Assembly: GCA_001817065.1 (NCBI GenBank)
Contig: MHHQ01000005.1
Span: forward strand, 18,651 to 82,650
Direction: 5' to 3'
Origin: Candidatus Andersenbacteria bacterium RIFCSPHIGHO2_02_FULL_46_16
GTDB taxonomy: Bacteria; Patescibacteriota; Andersenbacteria; UBA10190
Length of the DNA: 64,000 bases
Below, in pieces: positions 9,379-19,224 of this stretch. Below the pieces are notes generated by a model. It had not been told where the DNA came from and did no database searches. It saw only the letters and a program-made list of their open reading frames with translations. The position numbers and the translations under genes were made by a program. Position 1 is the stretch's first letter, and every line of letters starts with the position of its first letter.

Positions 9379-9453
9379 GCGGGTATCGTATAATGGCTAT
9401 TACAACAGATTTCCAATCTGTGAACACGGGTTCGACTCCCGTTACCCGCTCCA
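9379..9453 (+). tRNA. tRNA-Gly (anticodon UCC), CCA encoded
   Basis: Acceptor GCGGGTA/TACCCGC, anticodon arm ACAGA-TTTCCAA-TCTGT (anticodon TCC), T-arm ACGGG-TTCGACT-CCCGT, discriminator T, then CCA. The track ORF 9202..9393 overlaps it and is spurious. Confidence 0.8.
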
Positions 9454-9498
9454 CGAAATTATTCTGTGTATGCTTGTGCTGGCATCTTCGGCTATCTT

Positions 9499-9870
9499 TC
9501 AGATATTTTGATTAGGAAAATGCAGCATCGCCTTTTTTAAATATGCCCAATTGCACAAAAAGGGGAGTAATAAGGTTAGGCTATTTATAACAAGTTGTAC
9601 GTAGAGTGGAGTCCTGAAAGTATCAGGAATTTTTGAAGAAGCCGTTGGCAGTGCCGTAATTACCGCTAGGATGCTTAGAGGAAAGACAACGAACCAGAAC
9701 AATCTACGCGGAATCCTTCCTGCCAAAATGATTGATCCTATGATTAAATAAATAACTCCGACCAACGCGTGAACAATAAAACCAAACTGGCTTATAAGAG
9801 CCAATATAGATAGAAGAAAGAAAAGAAAGATATCGAACATCCCCAGAAGGTAGCGCCACAGTGGATTCAT
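9499..9870 (-). CDS. Small integral membrane protein (3-4 TM), hypothetical
   Basis: 123 aa, almost entirely hydrophobic segments. No recognisable motif. Confidence 0.4.
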   Translation of the reverse strand: MNPLWRYLLGMFDIFLFFLLSILALISQFGFIVHALVGVIYLIIGSIILAGRIPRRLFWFVVFPLSILAVITALPTASSKIPDTFRTPLYVQLVINSLTLLLPFLCNWAYLKKAMLHFPNQNI

Positions 9871-10273
9871 GACACAATTGTACTACATAAAATAAAACAT
9901 TTTTCCGGAGGAAATACAAACCAGCACAACAATGTATCTCTGCTTCCTTCGCCGTAGTTAATCCTCCTGTCTGACCTCACTTAAATTCAATTCTGGTATC
10001 CCGCTCCATTCTACACCCTCAGACGAAGAATGGCTCTGCATAGCTTTAGAGCGAAGCATGGGCTGTTCACAAACTTGCGTTCGTTTAACTATGACGGGCT
10101 ACGAAGGGCAAGCCACTTCTTCGGAGCTACGAAGGGCAAGTAATTTCACCCAGCCAAAGGCGGTAGCAGATGGAGCGAGGCTCGATCAGCAGGTCGAGGT
10201 TCCCCCCGAAGTGCGATTTGCCCTGGGCGGCCCGCTCACGTAATAAACAACCCTGACGAAAGTCCAGGGTTAT

Positions 10274-11209
10274 TTATTGTATACTCTTTTCCAATTGTTC
10301 AAGCTTTTTGCGTAAATTAGTGTTCACGGCAATATAGCCTCGTTTCTTTTTTTCCTTCTTAGTTTCCAAAACTTTTTCTGCATCAGTGAGACAATTTTTA
10401 AACCAATCAATCTTTTGTTTTACAAGTTCGAGCGCGTTTATATTTTTAGCGCATTCTCTTAAAGTTTCCAAAAATCTACCCATAACTTCTTCGTAACCCT
10501 CGACTGAATGTGTTTCTGGTGATGGTGTGCGGCCATAATATTCGTCGGTGACATGATACTCCCAATCAAATTCTAAATTTTCAAGACGTAAGTACTCTCT
10601 TAGATATTTCCCCTGTATAGCTTCGGAATAGGCTGCGAAGGCTTCGGCATCCACTTGTAATTGATGGTTTCCCGTTGCTTGGGAAAATTTTTCCAATTCT
10701 TCGGCCATTGTTTTTATGACGGGGATTACCCCTAAAAAATCATCGTCGGATTCATGCACTTTATAAAAACGTTGTATCTGGAGACGTATCATATTTGCAA
10801 CGTCTGATAATCCTTCTATCCTGTTTTTATCTAGTGCAGAATCCTCAAATCCCTTTAACAACCCAATGAATTTTTCACTGTCTACTATATTAAGAATTAT
10901 GTGCTTGCTGGTATCTTTCTCCCTTTCTTCCTCTGGTAGGGGCACAAATAGAGTTTCCCTTAAATCGAGTTCTAATCCAGTCTTTGCCAGAAAATCAGTA
11001 TATTTTTCAGAAAGTGCTTCCATTTTTTTACTCACTGAGCTAAGAGCCTCAAAATCGTCATTACCATTCTCTCCTATCCGTTCCCATACATTAGCGTTGT
11101 CGTTCGCATTTTCAATATCGATAATGAAATCAGACAGTTGATCTTGAGGGAGGTTAACTTCATTTTCCTCGGGATTTCCGTAGTTAGATGGATTGAATCT
11201 TTCTCGCAT
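10274..11209 (-). CDS. Hypothetical acidic cytoplasmic protein, AT-rich orphan gene
   Basis: 311 aa and no recognisable domain. Markedly more AT-rich than its neighbours. Flanked by GAGCTTCGAAGNGCAAG-type repeats. A stem-loop terminator lies just past its stop, at roughly 10246-10272. Confidence 0.55.
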   Translation of the reverse strand: MRERFNPSNYGNPEENEVNLPQDQLSDFIIDIENANDNANVWERIGENGNDDFEALSSVSKKMEALSEKYTDFLAKTGLELDLRETLFVPLPEEEREKDTSKHIILNIVDSEKFIGLLKGFEDSALDKNRIEGLSDVANMIRLQIQRFYKVHESDDDFLGVIPVIKTMAEELEKFSQATGNHQLQVDAEAFAAYSEAIQGKYLREYLRLENLEFDWEYHVTDEYYGRTPSPETHSVEGYEEVMGRFLETLRECAKNINALELVKQKIDWFKNCLTDAEKVLETKKEKKKRGYIAVNTNLRKKLEQLEKSIQ

Positions 11210-11502
11210 TTTTTAACATTATTACAGACACGTTGGGAAATCAAAGTAAACCATTGGGAACAATATTTCCTCTATTTGCTAAAATCAGGCACAAAGAAAG
11301 TCGCCTGCATATTCATAACCGCAGTTCGGACGTCACTTAAGAAGGAGCTCCCTTTTTCGTTCCTCGCTACGCGCGGAGCTTCGAAGAGCAAGCCAATCTT
11401 TAGGTGCAGTAGTTTATCTTCTGTTAAGTTTTAGCGAAGAAATTTTTAGTGGAGAAAAAGTGGCTAGATTAATGTTGCGCAGTCTATTACCTGGTCCTAT
11501 AA

Positions 11503-11844
11503 TTGACGCGTATGAAGCGAAGTAAAACAACGAAAAAACGAGACGAGTACACGGTTGTATTGGAAGATATAAGGGATAACTTCCGTGCTTTTGGCGAAGC
11601 CTTGCAATTAGTAATTGATAAGGTGCAACAAATTGAAGCATTGCAACAAGGAACCGAAAACAAACTGCAGAAAATTGAAGCGTCACAACATGGAACAGAA
11701 ACCAGGCTGGAAAAAATTGAGACGAGCGTTGATGTCATTAAAACAGAAGTGCGTCTGATCCGCCGTGATCAAGTCAGCCGGGATGAATTTGATTTACTAG
11801 AAAAACGGGTGTCGCGAATTGAGAAGAGGATGAGTGTACGGTAG
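11503..11844 (+). CDS. Small coiled-coil protein with internal repeat, hypothetical
   Basis: 113 aa. Heptad-rich, with duplicated 'QQGTENKLQKIEA / SQHGTETRLEKIET'. Divergent from the orphan gene. Confidence 0.45.
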   Translation: MTRMKRSKTTKKRDEYTVVLEDIRDNFRAFGEALQLVIDKVQQIEALQQGTENKLQKIEASQHGTETRLEKIETSVDVIKTEVRLIRRDQVSRDEFDLLEKRVSRIEKRMSVR

Positions 11845-12043
11845 TTTTCATGCCAGAGAATTTTGAGAGAATACGTAACTATAGTCTAACTTATACTGAC
11901 TTGGAGGACAGGGTTGAAGCGATTGGGAGGAAGTCGGAAAAACTACAAAAGTGGTAAAAATATTAAAAAGTGATGCTAATGGTTTATTATTGCGGTTGAG
12001 CAATAAGCTGGTTAATTAATTAAGCTGTGAATTACGAAACTAA

Positions 12044-12595
12044 ACCTACCCGTATTTTCCAGCCACGACTAAAACCATGCTGCTGATCCACGATCTCGGC
12101 AAAACTTTCTTCTGTCCCCTCAAGAGCAACCGCCTGGTTGACGATAGTGGCGGCATTAGACCATACAACAACGTCAGTGAGCTCAAGTGGTCAGAACATG
12201 AGCTTGAACATGGCAAGTTGGTCAAAGTCAAAGGTTTTCCCGGCTCTTTCAAGCTGATGCTGTTCCGCATCATGGTCTCTACCAACCGGACGGAATACAT
12301 CGTTACCAACAACCTAACTCAAAACTCCCTGGCTGATGCTCAACAAGCGAGCGCCACCAGGTGGAAGATTGAGCAGCTTCATCGCGAGGAGAAACAGCTG
12401 ACCGGTATTGAAAAGTGTCAGGCCAGAATTAACCGCTCTCAGCGTAATCATATTTGCCTGGCAATGTTGGCTTGGAGCGTGCTCACCCAAGCCGCCCACG
12501 CTGCCGGCAAAACCATCTACCAGCAGAAATTGTCGCCGTTGCAACGATTCGTGGTCAATCAGTGGCGGAATCCGGCGACAACATTTGTGTTGTAA
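12044..12595 (+). pseudogene. C-terminal fragment of a DDE transposase (IS701/IS4-like), N-terminally truncated IS remnant
   Basis: 'ATRWKIEQLHREEKQLTGIEKCQARINRSQRNHICLAMLAWSVL' matches the C-terminal catalytic-E signature of IS701/IS4 transposases (RWxIE…K…G…Q.R…H…L.ML). Only about 170 aa are present, and the frame opens abruptly after AT-rich DNA with no N-terminal DDE region. Confidence 0.6.
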
Positions 12596-12884
12596 CGGGA
12601 TTCTACAACTGAATATGTGGAGTGGTATGCGAAAGTCCTACTGGAAATAAGTCCGAACCCTGTCCACGAAGGAGCTCAATATATGAAGGAAGAAAGGTAT
12701 CCATTTTCTCATCGTTCGCTAATGCTAGCTGCTCCTATCCCACAAAGTGACTTCAGTTGGCGGGCAACTTTTATAAGTTTGGTTTGTTCGAATGATCATT
12801 TTGACTTGTCCGTGATTTTACTTTTTTTGTGCACAGAAGACAATTTTTTATGCTATCATTAGCAACAAAGGAATTAATTGATTA

Positions 12885-14516
12885 TTGATGATGCAGGATT
12901 TGATGAAGTGGGGGACAACTAATAATAAAAACCAGAGGTTCTTTAGGTTGGTTTGGGTGATTCTAGGAGCAGTGATGCTTTATGAGGTCTTTATTTATTC
13001 GGGTTTGGGATATTATCAATATCCTTATGTTCGCAGTGTGCCCCTGTGGTTAATGAAGCACGTATTGATCGTGGCGGGGGTAATCGGCTGGCTAGTACTG
13101 GTGGCGAAGGTGAATGTGGCGACAAGCGGCCGACGTTTAAGGAAGATACTGGCTAGCATTTTACTATTTATTGTAGGTGGAGCGATTTTTGCGTGGGTGG
13201 TTGAGATCGGTAAACCGGCTGGAGGATTTTTCTATAGTCCGCTTGATGAATCGTATACAGCGCCTTTTGCGTTTGTTTTGCTCTACATGCCGGTTGTACT
13301 AGTTTTTTTAACCGGCTTGCGGTTAATTACTAAGAAGGCTTCTGACAAAACGCTGACATTACTAGCAATTTTAGGCGGGATCGTCGCGGCAACATTGATC
13401 GCGCACGTCCTTTTCACCCAATGGATCTTGTCTGACATACCCCTAGACAAAGAATTTCTACGCGGTAAAGAAACGAGGGTAATTGGTAAGGGCTGGAAGG
13501 AAGCACCCGAGCAGTATGGCACACGCCTTTCCCCGCGGTTTGTTAGAACCGAACAGTTTCCCCAAGGTGACCGAGAGATAGAGTCCCTTCATCGAGCAGC
13601 GGAAAAATTGACAATTGATCAGTGGGGTGCGGTTTGCCAAAAAGTAAAGTGGGCGTCGTTAGGCCAAGGAATTTTGGGCAGCAAAGCAGCGAGTTCTTGC
13701 TGGTATGTCGGAGCAATAATCTATGAGGAACCTTTGTTTTGTGAAAAAACCACCGAGATGGTGGATGTTTGCCGGGCTGACTTGGCGTTACTGCTTGGGG
13801 ATATTGCCGTGTGTAAGGGAGAGAAGGATTGTATGGGCAGAAATCCTGGTCTATTGAACCAAGAAGGCATGTCGTGCGAAAGCCTAATAACAGAAGAAGA
13901 TAAGCAGGTGCCATTTTACACGGCGCTTGGTTTAACACCTTATGCGGAATGCCAACGTCGCACGCTGCAGGAGCAGCAGAAAACAATGACGTGGAGTGAA
14001 AATACATATAGGCTGGCGATGACAAAGCTAATTATTAATGAGTGGTATGCGGATACAGATAATCCCGACCAGTCATACGTTGAATTAAAAAACATCAGCA
14101 ACAACACGATAGTGTTAAAAGATGTGGAGATTAATCGAATACCCCTGCCCGCGATGACGATGGCCCCAAATGAGATTGTTGTATTTTACGGCAGTGATCT
14201 GCGAAAACTAACTGTTGACTTGAGCCGTTTATTTCTGCCGATAGCTAATGAAATGAAACCATTATTAAGTCGCGAATTAGATCTATCAATTTTTGGAGGG
14301 CAAGGTTCTTATACTGATGTACCGGCCAACATGTCTACAGGGGCGGTAAATTTGCAGCCGTTAAGGGAAGGAAAGTATTACGATCACTGGCAAGAAGTGT
14401 ACCAGCTAATGCCACCCACACCGGGGGAGGAGAATAATGTGATAAAGGCAATACCGCCGAGTCCAAGACCTAAGTCTACCCCCGGCGGCGTGGATATTCT
14501 TTTCCAGGGTATATAA
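12885..14516 (+). CDS. Membrane protein with multi-TM N-terminal region and Cys-containing extracytoplasmic C-terminal domain, hypothetical
   Basis: 543 aa, with about 5 TM segments in the first 180 aa, then a soluble domain. No motif recognised. Confidence 0.5.
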   Translation: MMMQDLMKWGTTNNKNQRFFRLVWVILGAVMLYEVFIYSGLGYYQYPYVRSVPLWLMKHVLIVAGVIGWLVLVAKVNVATSGRRLRKILASILLFIVGGAIFAWVVEIGKPAGGFFYSPLDESYTAPFAFVLLYMPVVLVFLTGLRLITKKASDKTLTLLAILGGIVAATLIAHVLFTQWILSDIPLDKEFLRGKETRVIGKGWKEAPEQYGTRLSPRFVRTEQFPQGDREIESLHRAAEKLTIDQWGAVCQKVKWASLGQGILGSKAASSCWYVGAIIYEEPLFCEKTTEMVDVCRADLALLLGDIAVCKGEKDCMGRNPGLLNQEGMSCESLITEEDKQVPFYTALGLTPYAECQRRTLQEQQKTMTWSENTYRLAMTKLIINEWYADTDNPDQSYVELKNISNNTIVLKDVEINRIPLPAMTMAPNEIVVFYGSDLRKLTVDLSRLFLPIANEMKPLLSRELDLSIFGGQGSYTDVPANMSTGAVNLQPLREGKYYDHWQEVYQLMPPTPGEENNVIKAIPPSPRPKSTPGGVDILFQGI

Positions 14517-14682
14517 AAAAGATACCGAAATTGACGCTGATATCGATCGAAGGGAATATCTTGGTGAGGATAACTGCAATCCCTGAGGTTTATAGGATCG
14601 GGTGCCGGAGAGGGTGAACGAAAAAGAAGCCACTGCGCAGTCACCCATGATGAAGCTCTAAACCCGTCCTAGCGATGCTGTT

Positions 14683-15144
14683 CTAGAAGGCTTGAGTAGT
14701 TAACAATTCTTGTTTAGTTATGCCCAATTTCGCGATTAGCTCTTGCATGCAAACTAATTTCTGGCGATGGATTTCTTCTCTTTTTAAACATGCTTGATAA
14801 ACACTCTCGGGACCAAAGTCACAGCTGCCCGACACAATCTCGGGCATGAGCTGCTGCTCGACCAATTCTTCATACAAAGTCACAAGCTCCGCGGGATCAG
14901 ACCTTTTTATTTGACGGAGTTCGGTTTGGCAGGCACTGCTGAGCTGTCCCGGTACAGGTTCTTGTGTTTCCTCAATAACGCCTTCACCCATGATCGGCTG
15001 CGGGGCGGCAAGCCTTTGAGAACGAATCAATACTAGCACCAGCACTAACAATGCCAGAGTGATAATGATTAAGGCCAGCAATAGAGGAGACTTTTGACTT
15101 GGGTTCTTCATGGATGGGAATATATTAATCATAACACTTGGCAA
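14683..15144 (-). CDS. Small membrane-anchored protein, hypothetical
   Basis: 153 aa. One TM segment 'LLLALIIITLALLVLVLVLI', then a soluble domain with 4 Cys. Confidence 0.45.
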   Translation of the reverse strand: MPSVMINIFPSMKNPSQKSPLLLALIIITLALLVLVLVLIRSQRLAAPQPIMGEGVIEETQEPVPGQLSSACQTELRQIKRSDPAELVTLYEELVEQQLMPEIVSGSCDFGPESVYQACLKREEIHRQKLVCMQELIAKLGITKQELLTTQAF

Positions 15145-15226
15145 TAAAAAGTTAAAAAGTACATAATCGGAGGATTACCCAGGTTAGCCAGGAAGAGCGT
15201 GTGATGGACACAGGGTTAGGTATATT

Positions 15227-16249
15227 ATGGAAATAAGGTTAAATTTTAAATCTTTGTATATGGTAAATTGGCAACAAAATAAAAAAATCATTATTACGGG
15301 GATAATACTGGTAATAGCGGTAGGGTGGTATTTATATAAAACAAGTAACCCGCCGGTAATTCCGTTTATGCAGTCCCAAAGCTTCCAGGAAGACATGGTG
15401 GGCAGCGCAGAGGTGCCAGCTGTCGCCAGGAAGGGAAGTGCGGCTATGCCGGGGGCAGCGGGTAATAGTTTGACAGCACCACTGGCATATGATGCCGCTG
15501 GTGTCCCGGAGAGTTTGAGTGAGGTACCGACGGCCGATGCCCGGAAAGTCGTGCAATCCGGTACGCTTGATCTAGTGGTTAATAAGGCAGAGGAGGCGGC
15601 TACGCAAGCACAAGCGCTGGCCCAGCAGGCGGGCGGTTTCGTGGAGAGTTTGCAGATTTATGAAGTGGTAGATGGCCAAAAGAGCGGGTCGGTCATTATC
15701 CGAGTGCCGGCAAATAAATTCCGGGAAACGATGGATAGCCTGAAAGCTTTGGCGATCAATACCGAGAATGAAGTAGTAAATACACAGGACGTGACAGCAC
15801 AATACGTGGATATTGAAGCCCGCTTAAAGAATATGCGAGCAGAAGAAGTGCAGTACTTGAGTATCATGGAAAGGGCAGTGAAGATTGAAGACGTTTTGAA
15901 TGTTACGCAACGACTAAGCGACGTGAGGGGTAGAATTGAACAACTAGAAGCTCAGCTGAAGTTATTAAAGGCTGAGGTGGAGATGTCATCAATAGTGGTC
16001 AATCTGACAGCCGAAGGGGACATTGAAGTGTTTGGGATACACTGGCGGCCGTTGGTGGTAATACGTCAGGCATTTAGAGACATGCTGAAGTCCTTAGCTG
16101 CGTACGCCGACCAAATTATAAAGTTCGTGTTTGCCTTACCGGTAATATTATTATGGATCGCCACCTGGGGAGTTGGTCTGCTGATAGCATGGAAGGTGGG
16201 AAACAGGATTAAACAGCGCTGGTTTGATAAGGATACGAATATTCATTAG
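15227..16249 (+). CDS. Membrane-anchored coiled-coil protein, DUF4349-like architecture
   Basis: N-terminal anchor, long coiled-coil, C-terminal TM segment. The DUF4349 assignment is from memory only. An alternative start lies at 15260. Confidence 0.4.
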   Translation: MEIRLNFKSLYMVNWQQNKKIIITGIILVIAVGWYLYKTSNPPVIPFMQSQSFQEDMVGSAEVPAVARKGSAAMPGAAGNSLTAPLAYDAAGVPESLSEVPTADARKVVQSGTLDLVVNKAEEAATQAQALAQQAGGFVESLQIYEVVDGQKSGSVIIRVPANKFRETMDSLKALAINTENEVVNTQDVTAQYVDIEARLKNMRAEEVQYLSIMERAVKIEDVLNVTQRLSDVRGRIEQLEAQLKLLKAEVEMSSIVVNLTAEGDIEVFGIHWRPLVVIRQAFRDMLKSLAAYADQIIKFVFALPVILLWIATWGVGLLIAWKVGNRIKQRWFDKDTNIH

Positions 16250-16277
16250 TCGACAGCGGGGCTACTAAAGAAGAAAA

Positions 16278-16305
16278 AAGCCCGGCATTGATAATAGCAG
16301 GGCTT
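16278..16305. terminator. Possible bidirectional stem-loop between convergent genes
   Basis: AAGCCC…GGGCTT 6-bp stem with a 16-nt loop, flanked by A-run and T-rich sequence. Weak. Confidence 0.25.
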
Positions 16306-16313
16306 GGTTAAAA

Positions 16314-16985
16314 TCAGTAAGGATTGTGAGGGTTTTGCATGTTGTAGGGAATAGTGGTGCGTTCGCCACGAAAATTAATCATTAGATGAGGCGATTCCCG
16401 TTGACGCAGAGCGACTATGTAAATTGGCTCAGCACATTTTACAGGGTCAGTAACAGAAAAGTCGCAAGAGAATGGGCGATCGATCAGATGGCAAAGGGTT
16501 TCCACGTGGGAGACTAATACATAGCAAATCGGCTGCGCTGAGTTGATGTGCCGGTTCATCAATGCCGTAAGGAGCTGAAAGATACGTGCTCGAACATGCG
16601 CGCGTGTCTCAAAGATTTCAGGATCATCAAATTCCGCTGCCTTCCAGTAAGCTTTTTCAATAGCCAAGGGGTCAGTGAGTGAACGATACCCAGCGAAAAT
16701 GCGTTGAGCGCGCTCTGGCTGATACTGCTGGACTGCAGCTAAGGCCGGTTCTTCTCCCAGTTTTGTTCCCATTAAAAAGGTATTTATGTATTGTCCTGAC
16801 CCGACGGCTCGTACTTTAGGAGAGGTGTACAAATGGATGGGATACCCGGCAGAAAAATTTTGGATAGGATATGAGCTGCGATAGAGAGCGGCCTTGCCTT
16901 GAAAAGTGATGTCAGGCGGTATGTCAGTATATTCGGTATGACCGTGACGCAGGAAAACAGCGCGGAACAATTCTTGGTCTGGCAT
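16314..16985 (-). CDS. Histidine phosphatase superfamily protein (phosphoglycerate-mutase-like)
   Basis: N-terminal 'FLRHGHTEYT' RHG motif of branch-1 histidine phosphatases. Confidence 0.6.
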   Translation of the reverse strand: MPDQELFRAVFLRHGHTEYTDIPPDITFQGKAALYRSSYPIQNFSAGYPIHLYTSPKVRAVGSGQYINTFLMGTKLGEEPALAAVQQYQPERAQRIFAGYRSLTDPLAIEKAYWKAAEFDDPEIFETRAHVRARIFQLLTALMNRHINSAQPICYVLVSHVETLCHLIDRPFSCDFSVTDPVKCAEPIYIVALRQRESPHLMINFRGERTTIPYNMQNPHNPY

Positions 16986-17165
16986 GGTAGGCCTTTCTCG
17001 AATAAGAGGTGGATTGGTAAGGTACTGAACAGAAAAGAGTACAGTGTTTTTAGCACGAAGTCAATAATAAATGGCGGAGTGTTTAGGCGGAGCTGAGAGG
17101 TGATGAGAGGGGAGACTAGATGGGCAGGTAAACAAATTTCGGGCAGACCGTGATATAATTAAGTT

Positions 17166-17579
17166 ATGAAATACGGACGATACGGATGGCCCTATTTGTT
17201 TTTACGAGTAGGGTTAGGGTTAACTTTCTTATTTATCGGGGTTGATATTTTGCGTCATCCGACGGTGTGGATTGGTTATGTGCCGCGCGAGACAATGCTT
17301 GGGTTGGACAGCGAAACAATGTTACGAATCGGCGGATTTTTTGATATGATCGTTGGAACTCTATTAATAATAAAGGCTTGGCCTAGAGTAGCCGGTGCGT
17401 TGGCAACGCTTCATTTAATAGGGATATTTTCTTTGAATGGGATTGATGGTGTGCTGGCTAGGAATATTGGATTATTGGGGGCGGCTATAGCAGTACTGGT
17501 GTGGCCGAATAGTTATCGCCGTAGGCGATGGTGGTGGAGTAAGCGCAGGAGATGGCGAGGGACGGAAGATGAGGTTTAA
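17166..17579 (+). CDS. DoxX-like small membrane protein
   Basis: 137 aa, 4 predicted TM segments, 'LRVGLGLTFLFIGVDIL' DoxX-like N-terminus, Arg/Trp-rich C-terminal tail. Confidence 0.5.
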   Translation: MKYGRYGWPYLFLRVGLGLTFLFIGVDILRHPTVWIGYVPRETMLGLDSETMLRIGGFFDMIVGTLLIIKAWPRVAGALATLHLIGIFSLNGIDGVLARNIGLLGAAIAVLVWPNSYRRRRWWWSKRRRWRGTEDEV

Positions 17580-17667
17580 TTGGAGTGATAGAGGTAGCCT
17601 AACAACTAGCGCAGGACACAAACAAAGCCAAAAATGCATTAACTGCAACGGCCGAAATAAAAATTAA

Positions 17668-17690
17668 AACAGCCCCTCGGGGCTGTTTTT
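17668..17690. terminator. Rho-independent bidirectional terminator
   Basis: AACAGCCCC-TC-GGGGCTGTT perfect 9-bp stem, with an A-run upstream and TTTTT downstream. Lies between convergent genes. Confidence 0.65.
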
Positions 17691-18840
17691 AGTACATGCT
17701 GAGAGGGTTAATGGGACGGCCCTGCTGACGAACTTCGAAGTGAAGATGAGGACCAGTCGATCGGCCGGTTGATCCAACCTTAGCGATAGTTTGACCTTGG
17801 TTGACGGACGCACCTTTAGAAACATAGATAGCTGAATTGTGAGCGTAGTAAGTGACTAATCCGCCACCATGGTTAATAATTACGAGGTTGCCATAACCGC
17901 CCAAGAAGCCAGTGAACTCAACCGTACCGGCGGCAGCGGCATAAATGGGCGGCAGTGATCGGTTGTCGATATCGATGCCAGTATGTCCCCAACGGAAATA
18001 CTGGGAAATGTGCTTGGAAGAGGTAGGCCAGATGAATCCAGCAGAGGTGTCGCTGGAAGCGGGAGGTACAGGACCATCAGCCACATGCGTCTCGTCGGCG
18101 ACGATACGAGGCGCAGAACGAGGAGCGATATAGCCGTCAGGGACGATTAGTTTTTGACCAACTGATAATTTACTAGTATCAGAGAGATCGTTGTATTGCG
18201 CGACATCTTTGGCATCCACATCATACTTATCGGCGATAGCCAGGAGCGTGTCACCAGAGTTAACAGTATGCAGGACGCCGGTTGTAGGTAAGATCGTCAG
18301 GTGGTCGCCGACATTAATAGTGTCTGAGCTAGACAATCCGTTAGCCCAGAGAATAGTGTTAGTACTGACATTGAATTGAGCAGCTATGCCAGCGATAGTG
18401 TCGCCAGGTTGGATGGTATAAATCTGTGATTTCTTGATGGCAACGGAGGTAGGCGGTGCTTCACTAGCCGGTTCTGGTACCACTGGATTTAATGGGGCAA
18501 CTAAAACATTGCCGCCCAGAGTTTGGGAAAAAGTAACTTCCGGATCCTCACCGGTGATTAGATCAATGCCCGTATTAACATCTAAAGCTGCTAATCTAGC
18601 CCCCCCAATGCCGGGAGAGTCAGTACTGGCATAAGCAGAGGGATCAAGAGGTCCTTCGATGACTTCTTCGCCAGCGATGACGTTATATAACAAAGAGTTG
18701 CGGTCTGTAACCGCAGCCTGATTACTGTGCCACGCTGCGCCAATGATAAGCGCGAGAAACGACGCGTGGATGATATATTTCTTAATAAGAGGAACTGAGT
18801 CCTGGCCGCTCGATAGGGTTGGAGGCGGTTCCTCCGACAC
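17689..18840 (-). CDS. M23 family metallopeptidase with two LysM domains
   Basis: LysM repeats ('YTIQPGDTIAGIAAQFNV', 'HTVNSGDTLLAIADKYDV') and M23 motifs 'HTGIDID…', 'GSTGRSTGPHLHFEV'. Confidence 0.8.
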   Translation of the reverse strand: MSEEPPPTLSSGQDSVPLIKKYIIHASFLALIIGAAWHSNQAAVTDRNSLLYNVIAGEEVIEGPLDPSAYASTDSPGIGGARLAALDVNTGIDLITGEDPEVTFSQTLGGNVLVAPLNPVVPEPASEAPPTSVAIKKSQIYTIQPGDTIAGIAAQFNVSTNTILWANGLSSSDTINVGDHLTILPTTGVLHTVNSGDTLLAIADKYDVDAKDVAQYNDLSDTSKLSVGQKLIVPDGYIAPRSAPRIVADETHVADGPVPPASSDTSAGFIWPTSSKHISQYFRWGHTGIDIDNRSLPPIYAAAAGTVEFTGFLGGYGNLVIINHGGGLVTYYAHNSAIYVSKGASVNQGQTIAKVGSTGRSTGPHLHFEVRQQGRPINPLSMY

Positions 18841-19224
18841 CTCTGTGAGGGACAGGTTAGATGGGGCGGGAGAAGATGTCTGGTCCCTAGTTCTCTTTGA
18901 TTGTTGATGATTTAAAATGCCGGTTGCTTAAAAAGCCAAATTGTATGTCCGGCGTGTTTGTTTTACTACCCTGCTAGCAGGGATAAGATGGTATTGTAGT
19001 TAGAGTAATGCATGAGTCAACATTGACATTGTTAAATTAATATCATGTTATATACAGAGTAGCAGCAGTATGCCCCGGGAGTTGCTTGAACGGGCAAAGT
19101 GTCAGATTTTTTTGACATTCGTTCGTGTGGATAAATAGAAGAGAAGAGAGTGCGAAAGGTTAAGAAATAAGCAAATCATCAGAATAAATTTCACTTATAT
19201 GATTAGATTAGAATAAAGAAATAT

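Noticed and set aside
9202-9393. 63-aa plus-strand ORF
   Set aside because: It overlaps the 5' half of a well-folded tRNA-Gly and has a Pro-rich low-complexity start.
10040-10250. Possible SRP (4.5S/ffs) RNA
   Set aside because: There is a superficial resemblance to AGCCAAGGCAGATGA, but the universally conserved GGAAGGAAGCAGC helix-8 motif is absent. It is kept only as an unexplained GC-rich block.
12617-12862. 81-aa ORF downstream of the transposase fragment
   Set aside because: The region is AT-rich and Cys/Phe-rich, with no motif. It more likely belongs to the decayed IS end or a promoter region.
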